Assembly (NCBI GenBank): GCA_009693715.1
Contig: SHWT01000001.1
Location: forward strand, 5,419 to 69,418
DNA length: 64,000 bases
Source of the DNA: Chitinophagaceae bacterium
Lineage (GTDB): Bacteria > Bacteroidota > Bacteroidia > Chitinophagales > Chitinophagaceae
Direction: 5' to 3'
The position numbers were made by a program, and so were the translations under genes. The notes under the pieces were generated by a model. It saw only the letters and a list, made by a program, of their open reading frames with translations. It had not been told where the DNA came from and did not search any database. Below, piece by piece: positions 1-8,841 of this stretch. Numbering within the stretch: position 1 is the first letter of the stretch; the number at the start of each line of letters is the position of its first letter.

Positions 1-947
1 GAAAAGGATTTGCCATTGCTTCTGCAGCATTAACATCATTAGCATTATTCGCAGCCTTTGTGGGTGTAGCGATGCCGAATAACCAACATATTGATATCTA
101 CAAAGCGGACGTTTTAGCGGCTTTATTTGTAGGTGGAATGATACCTTTCATCTTCTCTTCCTTAGCTATTCGTGCGGTTGGAGAAGCTGCAATGGCAATG
201 GTGGAGGAAGTGCGTCGTCAGTTCCGTACCATTCCCGGAATTATGGAAGGTACAGGCAAACCAGAATATGAAAAATGTGTGGCCATTAGTACGGAAGCAT
301 CATTGAAAAAAATGATGTTACCAGGTGCGATTACCATCATCTCTCCTATTTTAATTGGATTCACCATGGGTCCAGAAGCATTAGGTGGTTTTTTAGCAGG
401 TGCAACTGTAAGCGGTGTATTGATGGGTATATTCCAAAACAATGCTGGTGGTGCTTGGGATAATGCTAAAAAGTCATTTGAAAAAGGGGTTGAGATCAAT
501 GGTGAGATGTTCTATAAAAAATCAGAACCACATAAAGCTTCTGTTACAGGAGATACCGTGGGAGATCCATTTAAAGATACATCTGGTCCTTCGATGAATA
601 TCTTGATCAAATTAATGTCGATTGTTTCATTAGTCATTGCCCCTTCTCTAGCGCAAATTCATGCTAGTAAAGCAACAACTGAAGTGAAAACACAAACAGT
701 TGAAATATCTGTGATTAATACGGATACAGCTGCATCAGCTATGATGATTGCTGATACTTCAAAAACTGTGACGATTACAGCGGATACCAAAACTTTAGTA
801 CAAGCCTTACAAGAAGATGGCTTAGCTCCTAAAGACAAAGTAAGCATTCAAATTAAAAATGGTCAAATTACTGTAAACGGTCAAGCTTTAACAGAAGCGC
901 AAAATGCGAAATACAGTCAATATTTAAATACCAAACCAAACAAATAG
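1..947 (+). CDS. hppA: Membrane-bound Na+/H+-translocating pyrophosphatase, 5'-truncated by the window edge, with a C-terminal extension
   Basis: The frame is open from nt 3 ([16 protein letters not shown]). It contains the mPPase motifs [12 protein letters not shown] and [25 protein letters not shown]. Confidence 0.95.
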   Translation, partial: KGFAIASAALTSLALFAAFVGVAMPNNQHIDIYKADVLAALFVGGMIPFIFSSLAIRAVGEAAMAMVEEVRRQFRTIPGIMEGTGKPEYEKCVAISTEASLKKMMLPGAITIISPILIGFTMGPEALGGFLAGATVSGVLMGIFQNNAGGAWDNAKKSFEKGVEINGEMFYKKSEPHKASVTGDTVGDPFKDTSGPSMNILIKLMSIVSLVIAPSLAQIHASKATTEVKTQTVEISVINTDTAASAMMIADTSKTVTITADTKTLVQALQEDGLAPKDKVSIQIKNGQITVNGQALTEAQNAKYSQYLNTKPNK

Positions 948-987
948 CACTTAATTTTCGAAAGCCCTTTTTAATAAACTTTAACAT

Positions 988-1022
988 AAATCCATCCCTG
1001 TTTTTCGGGGGTGGATTTTTTT
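988..1022 (+). terminator. Rho-independent terminator after hppA
   Basis: AATCCATCCC..GGGGTGGATT stem followed by a T-run. Confidence 0.75.
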
Positions 1023-1034
1023 ATTAGAAAACAT

Positions 1035-1063
1035 TTCGTAGATTGCTTACGAATATAATCGTA
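1035..1063. promoter_or_regulatory. Candidate BlaI-family operator (interlocking inverted repeats)
   Basis: TTCGTA-N7-TACGAA (1035-1053) overlaps TACGA-N6-TCGTA (1048-1063), ending 6 nt upstream of the blaI-like ATG. Confidence 0.6.
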
Positions 1064-1069
1064 TAAACT

Positions 1070-1447
1070 ATGAGCAAGACTTTTAAACCCACGGAAAGTG
1101 AACTAGACATTTTAAGTATACTGTGGGATAAACAAACGGCTACCGTTCGTGAAGTGCATGAAATTGTACAAAAAACAAAGGATGTTGGCTACACGACCAC
1201 TTTAAAGTTAATGCAGATCATGAATGAAAAAGGTTTGGTCACGCGTAATGTAATGTCTAAAACACATATCTACACCCCTACTGTTCAAAGAGAAATTGCA
1301 CAGGAGCAATACTTAAATAAAATGATCCATACTTTATTTGGTGGTAATGCGTCTCAATTAGTATTACAAGCCTTGGGCACGCATCATACCTCTAAAAATG
1401 ATTTAGATCAAATCAAAATAATGATCAATTCATTACAAAATAAATAA
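1070..1447 (+). CDS. BlaI/MecI/CopY family transcriptional repressor
   Basis: KPTESELDILSILW...GYTTTLKLMQIMNEKGLVTR winged-helix signature; lies directly upstream of an M56 gene. Confidence 0.93.
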   Translation: MSKTFKPTESELDILSILWDKQTATVREVHEIVQKTKDVGYTTTLKLMQIMNEKGLVTRNVMSKTHIYTPTVQREIAQEQYLNKMIHTLFGGNASQLVLQALGTHHTSKNDLDQIKIMINSLQNK

Positions 1448-1462
1448 TAATACAATTGTATT

Positions 1463-2905
1463 ATGCTACTACTTTCCAATATACCTAATGCATTAATAAA
1501 TAATATAGGCTTTATGGCTATATTATATTTGATGTATGAGTGTGTAAAATGGATGGGTAATATTAAGCCAGCGCAATTATTTCTATTTGCTGGCACCATT
1601 CAAGCAATAAGTTTAGTACAATTTTTATTAACCGTTTTTTATCCAAATAGTTTTAGTTTATTGCTCATTACCGCTAAAATAGCGACTATTACAATCCCAT
1701 TCAATAATAACAATGTTATCCAATGGCTCCCTTTAATTGGATTAGCCTATTGTTTGATGTTGATTTACTTTTTAGCAAGAATTTTATTTCAGTTTAAATA
1801 TATCTATGGTTTAAAAAAGTCGGCAAATTTTAGTCAGTCTGCTTTTTTAACAACCACCCTACCTCCCCAACTCTTAAAAAATACTGCGAATATTAAAATT
1901 GGCTTAAGTAATCAGATTGATGCACCTATTACTTTTGGATGGCTTAACCCAATTGTGTTACTTCCAATCGCCATTTGCAATCAGCTTACCACAAAGGAAA
2001 TTGAAACTATTTTAATTCACGAAATAGCGCATATCTTAAGAAAGGATTATATTGTTAATATCATCATTAACCTTAATCAAACCATCCTATTTTTCAATCC
2101 ATTTTCAATTTTACTCAACAAAGAAATGAGTTTGCAAAGAGAAATTGCTTGCGACTTAATCGTTATTCAAAACAATCCTAAAAAAATTGAATACATGAAT
2201 GCATTGTTGAAAATTGCAGAACATGTAAATAAGCGCATCCAAAAAAATGCAACCCTTGCCATAGGCATTTTGGGATCACAAAGTGAATTATTGAAAAGAA
2301 TACAATATTTTAACAATATCAAAACCAATACAAGTAAACAATTATTATTTAAATTAATGACGGGCATGGTATTTGCAACTTGTATTTTTTTTTCCACTCG
2401 AACTGTTACATCAATTAATAATAAGCCGTCTACTTTAATTGCAAATGAAACAGCTAAAAATAATAACTTCACTATTGCGGTTCCTATTAAAAAGGCAATA
2501 AAGGTTTTGGAGCCATCGCTTATCATTAAAAGCATAAAGGAAAAACACAGCCATGATTTAAAGAATGAAACCTATGCTAACTTGGTTGATCAAACTATGA
2601 TATGGATTAAAAAACATGAACCCACTTCCCAATTTGCTACTTATCAAGAAGAGAAAGAAAATGAATCCTATAAAATTGCAGACAAATTATTAATTCGTGC
2701 TATCTTCTCCAATTACCAATTAAAAAGAGATTTGTTGAATCAAAAATTAGCGAAAGCAAGTAATTTAAAAGAGGCTTTGGACTATTTGTTAAAGAGTGAG
2801 GAATTAGAGCAAATAAAGCAATATGAAAAGTGGACAAAGGAATTCCTCCAAACGCATCCTCAAAATATTGATACTACCTTACTGGAGGATCCCATAATTT
2901 ATTAA
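1463..2905 (+). CDS. M56 (BlaR1/MecR1-type) membrane metallopeptidase sensor
   Basis: N-terminal TM helices, APITFGWLNPIVLLP, HEIAH zinc motif, QREIACD. Confidence 0.9.
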   Translation: MLLLSNIPNALINNIGFMAILYLMYECVKWMGNIKPAQLFLFAGTIQAISLVQFLLTVFYPNSFSLLLITAKIATITIPFNNNNVIQWLPLIGLAYCLMLIYFLARILFQFKYIYGLKKSANFSQSAFLTTTLPPQLLKNTANIKIGLSNQIDAPITFGWLNPIVLLPIAICNQLTTKEIETILIHEIAHILRKDYIVNIIINLNQTILFFNPFSILLNKEMSLQREIACDLIVIQNNPKKIEYMNALLKIAEHVNKRIQKNATLAIGILGSQSELLKRIQYFNNIKTNTSKQLLFKLMTGMVFATCIFFSTRTVTSINNKPSTLIANETAKNNNFTIAVPIKKAIKVLEPSLIIKSIKEKHSHDLKNETYANLVDQTMIWIKKHEPTSQFATYQEEKENESYKIADKLLIRAIFSNYQLKRDLLNQKLAKASNLKEALDYLLKSEELEQIKQYEKWTKEFLQTHPQNIDTTLLEDPIIY

Positions 2906-3500
2906 TCTCTCTTCCTCCCACACAAAATAACATATCTAATATGGATGCGTTTGCAATAAAATCATTTTGATCTGCAAATACTTGCTGATACTTTGGCAAT
3001 CCTTCAATTCGGCTGTAATTTTTTGGCAACCAAGGATCTTGGTATTTTAACAAAGCATCTACTGTAACTTGATCTTGGGGTTGGTTTAAATCCCAATTCA
3101 CTTTTAATTGACTTTGTAGCCATACTGAACAAAGCAGTAAAAAATCAACCAATTTTGCTGGTTTATTTAAATACAATGCATGTAAACTTTGTTCGTAATA
3201 TTCAAAATACGGGGCCCTTTTATAACTGGTGGTAATGGATTTTAAATGTTGCGCGCTCCAAGGGCTATCATAAGCAATTGTAATATCCTTGATGGGCGTT
3301 TTTTGATCTCGTCCGCCAACAATGGGTATCGTTAACATTAATGGCCCTTGTGAAGTAATAATAACCATTCTATTTTTAAAGCTCATTTTTGTAAATGGCG
3401 CTTCAAGATCAAACAGCACATTTTTATTTTCCATTAAGGTTTTCACAAAATGAATGCTTCCAAAATATTGTAGGTCTGTTTTAAAAATTGGTTCGGACAT
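2874..3500 (-). CDS. WbqC family protein
   Basis: RMVIITSQGPLMLTIPIVGG, SYKRAPYFEYY, YQQVF...FIANASILDMLFCVG match the WbqC pattern. Confidence 0.85.
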   Translation of the reverse strand: MSEPIFKTDLQYFGSIHFVKTLMENKNVLFDLEAPFTKMSFKNRMVIITSQGPLMLTIPIVGGRDQKTPIKDITIAYDSPWSAQHLKSITTSYKRAPYFEYYEQSLHALYLNKPAKLVDFLLLCSVWLQSQLKVNWDLNQPQDQVTVDALLKYQDPWLPKNYSRIEGLPKYQQVFADQNDFIANASILDMLFCVGGREINKLWDPPVR

Positions 3501-3579
3501 GTGTAAATCTGATAATGGCTATATGTAAATATATTTCCATAATCAATAAATAACTAATAATTTTATACAAATATTAAAA

Positions 3580-4062
3580 ATGCAGTTTCGAATCAATCCT
3601 TCCTTATTTATTTTTTCGCTTTTCTTATTATTGCTTACTTCATGCAGTCAACCCCAACCTTTTATTTTTAAAGGGTTGAAATCAATTAAAATTGAAAAAG
3701 CCAGTTTTGGAAAAAATGTATTTAAGGCTGAATTTACCTATGAAAATCCTAATTCTTTTTCATTGGCCTTAAATAAATTAGACGCAGATATTTTTATTAA
3801 CGATGAAAAATTTACACATTACCATTTGGATACCGTTTTTAATATCCCGGCAAATGCTGCATTTGATTTGCCTGCTATTATGGAAGTTGATTTAACAAGT
3901 CTTCTCAAAAATAGTATTGATTTGATTTTCAATAAACCGATGAAAATAAGTGTAAAAGGTACTTCCACTTTATCGAAGGGTATGTTTACTAAAACCATCC
4001 CGATTGAATTTGAAACTACCCAAAAATTAAATTTGGCTTCCCTATTTAGTGGAAGGAACTAA
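3580..4062 (+). CDS. LEA type 2 (WHy domain) lipoprotein
   Basis: Lipobox LLTSC; YENPNSFSLALNKLDADIFIND is typical of LEA_2. Confidence 0.75.
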   Translation: MQFRINPSLFIFSLFLLLLTSCSQPQPFIFKGLKSIKIEKASFGKNVFKAEFTYENPNSFSLALNKLDADIFINDEKFTHYHLDTVFNIPANAAFDLPAIMEVDLTSLLKNSIDLIFNKPMKISVKGTSTLSKGMFTKTIPIEFETTQKLNLASLFSGRN

Positions 4063-4172
4063 GACGAATTTTTGTTAAAATTATAAAACGCCCTTTTTTT
4101 CAAATTACTTATTAGCTTATTTTATTTGAAAAAATTTAAAACTAATTTATATAATTACGAATTCCAGATGCT

Positions 4173-4802
4173 TTATTGGTTCCAAGTGGATGGGCTATTG
4201 CGCCAGTCCATTAACATCTCCTGCGTATTCGCATCCACATCTCCTTTTTCAACAGCTAATTCAATTAAACTGGCATAGTTGGTCAATGATATAAATGGAA
4301 CGCCTGCTTTTTTAAATGCTTCATCAGCAATATCAAATCCATAATTAAAAATGGAGACCATTCCAACCACCTCTAATCCAGCATTTCTGAGAACATCTAC
4401 CACTTGCAAACTACTTTTACCAGTGGAAATTAAATCCTCAATGACTAAAATTTTATTGGTCGTAGCATAAGCACCTTCTATTTGGTTGCCCAATCCGTGC
4501 TCTTTTGGTTTTGGTCTTACATAGATATACGGCAATTTTAGTTGGTCCGCGGCCATGGCACCCCATGGTATTCCGGCTGTGGCTACACCAGCCAACATAT
4601 CAGCTACGTCAAATTTCTCAAAAATTACATTACACATTTCACTTTTAATAAAATCACGCACATAGGGGAAGGATAATACTTTTCTATTATCGCAATATAT
4701 TGGGCTTTTCCAACCACTTGCCCATGTAAATGGCTCGGTTGGACTTAATTTTACTGCTCCAACTTGTAATAATTTTTCCGCTACGGCTTTTTGATTTGTC
4801 AT
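4173..4802 (-). CDS. pyrE: Orotate phosphoribosyltransferase (start corrected to ATG 4802, MTNQKAVA)
   Basis: FTWASGWKSPIYCDNR, YVRPKPKEHG and the PRPP motif VIEDLISTGKS. Confidence 0.95.
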   Translation of the reverse strand: MTNQKAVAEKLLQVGAVKLSPTEPFTWASGWKSPIYCDNRKVLSFPYVRDFIKSEMCNVIFEKFDVADMLAGVATAGIPWGAMAADQLKLPYIYVRPKPKEHGLGNQIEGAYATTNKILVIEDLISTGKSSLQVVDVLRNAGLEVVGMVSIFNYGFDIADEAFKKAGVPFISLTNYASLIELAVEKGDVDANTQEMLMDWRNSPSTWNQ

Positions 4803-4880
4803 AATTGTAAATTCGTAGAGCGAAATTAAAGTCAAATTGCTACATTCGTTGCAAGATTTATTAAATACTTTACACATTTT

Positions 4881-5306
4881 ATGCCTACACAAATCATCGC
4901 TGCTGGTGGCCTAGTCACCAACCCACAAGGTCAAATACTTTGGATATTCAGAAGGGGATTCTGGGATTTACCTAAGGGAAAATTGGACGAAGGCGAAACG
5001 ATTCAAACTTGCGCGGTTCGAGAGGTGGAAGAAGAAACTGGGATTAAAAATATACGATTGCATGAATTATTGAAATTTACAAATCATACCTATTTTGACA
5101 CGCACTTAAATCAAGAAGTAATTAAAAGAACCTATTGGTTTCATATGACCATTCCAGCTGCACAAATAGGTATTCCTCAAATATCAGAGGATATTGAAAA
5201 AATTGAATGGCATTCACTTGCCACCGTAAAAAATTGTTTAGAACAAACCTACCCTACTATTATTGAAGTGATTGAAGCGTACAGAATAAAAATTAATGAA
5301 ATTTAA
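4881..5306 (+). CDS. NUDIX hydrolase
   Basis: Nudix box GKLDEGETIQTCAVREVEEETGI. Confidence 0.9.
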   Translation: MPTQIIAAGGLVTNPQGQILWIFRRGFWDLPKGKLDEGETIQTCAVREVEEETGIKNIRLHELLKFTNHTYFDTHLNQEVIKRTYWFHMTIPAAQIGIPQISEDIEKIEWHSLATVKNCLEQTYPTIIEVIEAYRIKINEI

Positions 5307-5350
5307 TCCTAAAAAAGTTTCATTACATTCGTTACAATAAATCTGACTTG

Positions 5351-5818
5351 CTATTTCAAGGTTTTAATAACCGCTTCTGGTAAAAATGGAGAAGCATCTC
5401 CCCCATTCCTGATAATATCTCTTACAATGGTCGATGCCACTGAGGTATATTTAGGTTCCCCTGTTAAAAAAATAGTTTCAATAGTATGATCCATGGTTCG
5501 ATTGGCATCAGCGATTGTTTTTTCATATTCAAAATCACTAACGTATCTAATACCTCTTAAAATAAAATGGGCGCCTATGGATTGACAAAATTTCACGGTC
5601 AATCCATCATAGGTAGCCACTTCCACCTTTGGTTGGTCTTTGTATATTTCATCAAACCATAACCTGCGTTGGTCTGCTGTAAACATGGGATTTTTAGAAG
5701 CATTAATTCCAATACCCACCACTACTTTATCAAATAATGGCAAGGATCGATTAATGATATCTATATGACCTAATGTTACTGGGTCAAAAGTTCCAGGAAA
5801 TAAACAGATTCTTTGCAT
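5351..5818 (-). CDS. coaD: Pantetheine-phosphate adenylyltransferase
   Basis: FPGTFDPVTLGHIDII, ILRGIR and SVASTIVRDI motifs. Confidence 0.95.
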   Translation of the reverse strand: MQRICLFPGTFDPVTLGHIDIINRSLPLFDKVVVGIGINASKNPMFTADQRRLWFDEIYKDQPKVEVATYDGLTVKFCQSIGAHFILRGIRYVSDFEYEKTIADANRTMDHTIETIFLTGEPKYTSVASTIVRDIIRNGGDASPFLPEAVIKTLK

Positions 5819-5855
5819 GGCTTAAAATTAGGAAAATTGGGAACAACTAAAGCAA

Positions 5856-6788
5856 TTATGCTGGATTAGTTCGTCCAGTCAACAGATATAAACAAGACAT
5901 TCTTACTGCTACCCCATTCTCCACCTGGTCTAAAATGATGGAATGTGCACTATCAGCCACATCGCTATCAATTTCTACCCCTCTGTTGATCGGGCCTGGA
6001 TGCATAATCACGATATCCTTTGAAAGCTTATCCAACCTTTGTTTCGTGATACCATAAGCCATGTTATATTCTCTTAAAGAGGAGAATAAAGGCTGATTTT
6101 GACGTTCTAATTGAATTCTGAGTACATTGGCCACATCACACCAAGCCAGGGCTTTGTCGATATTATATTCAACCTTGATATCCATTGCTTCTTGAAGATA
6201 AGTAGGTATTAAAGTAGGTGGTCCAGAAACCATTACTTCAGCACCCATTTTTTTAAGTAAATAAATATTACTTAAAGCAACCCTGCTATGCATAATGTCT
6301 CCAATAATGGCCACTTTTAAACCAGCCAATTGTCCTAGTTTCTCCTGCATTGAAAAGGCATCCAATAAAGCCTGTGTAGGGTGTTCATTAATCCCATCCC
6401 CTGCATTAATAATGGCCGCATCAATATGCTTTGCCAAATAGTGTGGCGCCCCTGAAGCACTATGCCTCATTACCACCATATCCACTTTCATGGACAATAT
6501 ATTATTGACTGTATCTAATAAGGTTTCGCCTTTTGCAGCAGAGGAATTGGACACCGTAAAATTAACGACATCTGCAGATAAACGTTTTTCAGCCAATTCA
6601 AATGAAATTCTTGTCCTAGTTGAATTTTCGTAAAATAAGTTAACAATAGTTACATCCCTTAAGGTTGGAACCTTTTTAACTGGTCTTTGTAAAACTTCCT
6701 TGAATTGCGTTGCAGTAGATAAAATAAGTTGGATATCCTCTTGCGTGAGGTCCTTGATACCAAGAAGATGTTTGGTAGTTAGTGCCAT
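5856..6788 (-). CDS. pyrB: Aspartate carbamoyltransferase catalytic subunit
   Basis: FYENSTRTRISF, NAGDGINEHPTQ, LRIQLER and MHPGPINRGVEI. Confidence 0.97.
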   Translation of the reverse strand: MALTTKHLLGIKDLTQEDIQLILSTATQFKEVLQRPVKKVPTLRDVTIVNLFYENSTRTRISFELAEKRLSADVVNFTVSNSSAAKGETLLDTVNNILSMKVDMVVMRHSASGAPHYLAKHIDAAIINAGDGINEHPTQALLDAFSMQEKLGQLAGLKVAIIGDIMHSRVALSNIYLLKKMGAEVMVSGPPTLIPTYLQEAMDIKVEYNIDKALAWCDVANVLRIQLERQNQPLFSSLREYNMAYGITKQRLDKLSKDIVIMHPGPINRGVEIDSDVADSAHSIILDQVENGVAVRMSCLYLLTGRTNPA

Positions 6789-6795
6789 TAAAAAA

Positions 6796-6803
6796 CAAAA
6801 TTA
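6796..6803 (-). promoter_or_regulatory. Bacteroidota -7 promoter box (TAATTTTG), 7 nt before the pyrB ATG
   Basis: Exact match to the TAnnTTTG consensus. Confidence 0.6.
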
Positions 6804-6843
6804 GTATATTTTTTTCAACCTGCCATGTCAATTCCACACTATT

Positions 6844-7368
6844 TTAGTCCACTAGGAGTATTACATCATCTACCCCATCATTTTCCTTCCACCTAACTTT
6901 CACTTTATAAGGGGACGCATCAATCATTTCCTTGCCAGTAAAATCCGGTTGGATGGGTAATTCCCGACTCGGTTTGCGATCTACCAAAACACATAAAGAA
7001 ACCTTTGATGGTCGCCCAAAAGCCAATAAGGCATCCAACGCTGCTCTGATGGTTCGACCTGTAAATAATACATCATCAATTAAAATAACCGTTTTCCCTT
7101 CAATACTAAAGGGCAAATCAGTTTGCGTTGCTAAGTGTAATTCTCTACGTATATCATCCCGATAAAAGGTAATGTCTAATTTCCCATAAACTACTTGATC
7201 CGCAGGCAATTCTTGGTGCAAAGCGGCTACAATTCGGTCACTTAAAAATATCCCCCTAGGTTGTAAGCCAACAATCACTGCATTGGTTAAACCTGGATAA
7301 GTTTCCAAAATTTGGTGTGCCAACCTTTTAATAATGCTCGGTAGCTGTTGTTCACTGATCAGCGTCAT
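6844..7368 (-). CDS. pyrR: PyrR bifunctional pyr regulator / uracil phosphoribosyltransferase (start corrected to ATG 7368)
   Basis: KRLAHQILE, LDITFYRDD, IDDVLFTGRTIRAALDAL and LVDRKPSRELPIQPDF; lies upstream of pyrB. Confidence 0.9.
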   Translation of the reverse strand: MTLISEQQLPSIIKRLAHQILETYPGLTNAVIVGLQPRGIFLSDRIVAALHQELPADQVVYGKLDITFYRDDIRRELHLATQTDLPFSIEGKTVILIDDVLFTGRTIRAALDALLAFGRPSKVSLCVLVDRKPSRELPIQPDFTGKEMIDASPYKVKVRWKENDGVDDVILLVD

Positions 7369-7446
7369 TCCGTTAAATTTTAATAAAATTACACCCTTTT
7401 TCTCAATTTTTAAGGTGCTTAATGAAACCCTTTGTATTTTGCACAC

Positions 7447-8529
7447 ATGGTGGGGATTCAGCAACTTTCATTGGTACAATTCAGGAATTACATAAAAAAG
7501 GAATTCCACTTTACGGATCGTATTGTAGGCATTGTCGGTCCCAATGGTGTTGGAAAAACAAATGTTTTAGATGCCTTGTATTATTTGTCCTTTACCAAAA
7601 GTTACTTCAGCCGACCCGATGCCCAAAATGTACACCACGCCTATCAGGGATTAAGAATTGACGGGAAATACAATATCAATAATAACGAAGTCACTATTTC
7701 CTGTATCATCAGAGAAAATTTAAAAAAGGAATTTTATTTCGATGAAGAAATGTACCCGAAGCATTCACAACACTTAGGTAAAATTCCCTGTGTGATGATT
7801 GCCCCGGATGATGTACAAATAATTACAGGGGCAAGTGAAGAACGCAGAAAATTAATGGATAGTTTGTTATGTCAAATACATCCCCCCTATTTAAAATATT
7901 TAATTCAATACAATAAAATTTTATTGCAGCGAAATAGCTTGTTAAAATTAGCGAGCGAAACTGGAAATTTAGATGCTTTACTTTTAGAAACACTGAATGA
8001 ACAATTAATAGATAATGGAAAGCCCATTTATGAATATCGAAATAAATTAATGCAGGAATGGTTACCCGAAGTTTTAAATCTATACCAACATTTAGCAGGA
8101 CAAGCCGATGCTATTTCTATTAATTACCAATCGGCTTTAAGTGACCAGGATTTTAAAATATTACTTGACCAATCTTTACCCAAGGATACTTTACTCCATC
8201 GCACTAATGTGGGTATCCACAAGGACGATTTGGTGATTACGATACAAAATCAACCTTTTAAACAAGAGGCCTCTCAAGGACAAAGAAAAAGTTTACTATT
8301 CGCCATACGACTTGCGGAATGGATGATCTTAAAAAAATACAAAGGATTTTCACCTATATTATTAATGGATGATATATTTGAAAAATTAGACGAGCAAAGA
8401 ATGGTGCAATTACTGGCCTGGGTAAGTAAATCCACTGATGGACAAGTGTTTATCACCGATACACATAAGGACAGATTAACCCAATTATTGGGCAAACATT
8501 TGAGTAGTTATCAATTAATTGAAATTTAA
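7447..8529 (+). CDS. recF: DNA replication/repair protein RecF (start likely ATG 7447)
   Basis: Walker A GPNGVGKTN, ERRKLMD, VGIHKDDL, ASQGQRKS and LLMDDIFEKLD. Confidence 0.93.
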   Translation: MVGIQQLSLVQFRNYIKKEFHFTDRIVGIVGPNGVGKTNVLDALYYLSFTKSYFSRPDAQNVHHAYQGLRIDGKYNINNNEVTISCIIRENLKKEFYFDEEMYPKHSQHLGKIPCVMIAPDDVQIITGASEERRKLMDSLLCQIHPPYLKYLIQYNKILLQRNSLLKLASETGNLDALLLETLNEQLIDNGKPIYEYRNKLMQEWLPEVLNLYQHLAGQADAISINYQSALSDQDFKILLDQSLPKDTLLHRTNVGIHKDDLVITIQNQPFKQEASQGQRKSLLFAIRLAEWMILKKYKGFSPILLMDDIFEKLDEQRMVQLLAWVSKSTDGQVFITDTHKDRLTQLLGKHLSSYQLIEI

Positions 8530-8551
8530 AAACGTAACTTGGTCTTTCGTT

Positions 8552-8833
8552 ATGGCAATATTTAAATTAGGCGACGCTTTAAAGCAATTCGTACAAACAA
8601 GTAAATTAAAAAATGGAATTAGGGCTGCTCAAATTGAGGAAGTTTGGTCTGAAATTATGGGCGTTACTGTAGCCAAATACACTGATAAAATTTACATTTT
8701 TAATCAAAAGCTTTTCATTGAAACAAGTATCGGCCCATTAAAAAACGAATTGGGTTTTCAAAAAGTGCAAATTATCCAAAGAGTCAATGAAATGATGGGA
8801 GAAAATGTAATCTCCGAAGTGATCATTAAATAA
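8552..8833 (+). CDS. DUF721 / DciA family replicative helicase loader (start likely ATG 8552)
   Basis: WSEIMG...KLFIETSIGPLKNEL pattern; conserved position after recF. Confidence 0.8.
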   Translation: MAIFKLGDALKQFVQTSKLKNGIRAAQIEEVWSEIMGVTVAKYTDKIYIFNQKLFIETSIGPLKNELGFQKVQIIQRVNEMMGENVISEVIIK

Positions 8834-8841
8834 ATTAAATA

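Noticed and set aside
2385-2393. T9 run in the M56 gene (and A8/T8 runs near 45513, 52093 and 53421) as phase-variation switches
   Set aside because: The frames are intact, and runs of this length are expected in such an AT-rich sequence.
4803-4892. N-terminal extensions in the ORF track (pyrE, pyrR, recF, dciA, ndk, DEAD helicase, pruA, QC, parE)
   Set aside because: They overlap divergent genes or promoter boxes and precede the conserved N-termini, so the shorter starts were used.
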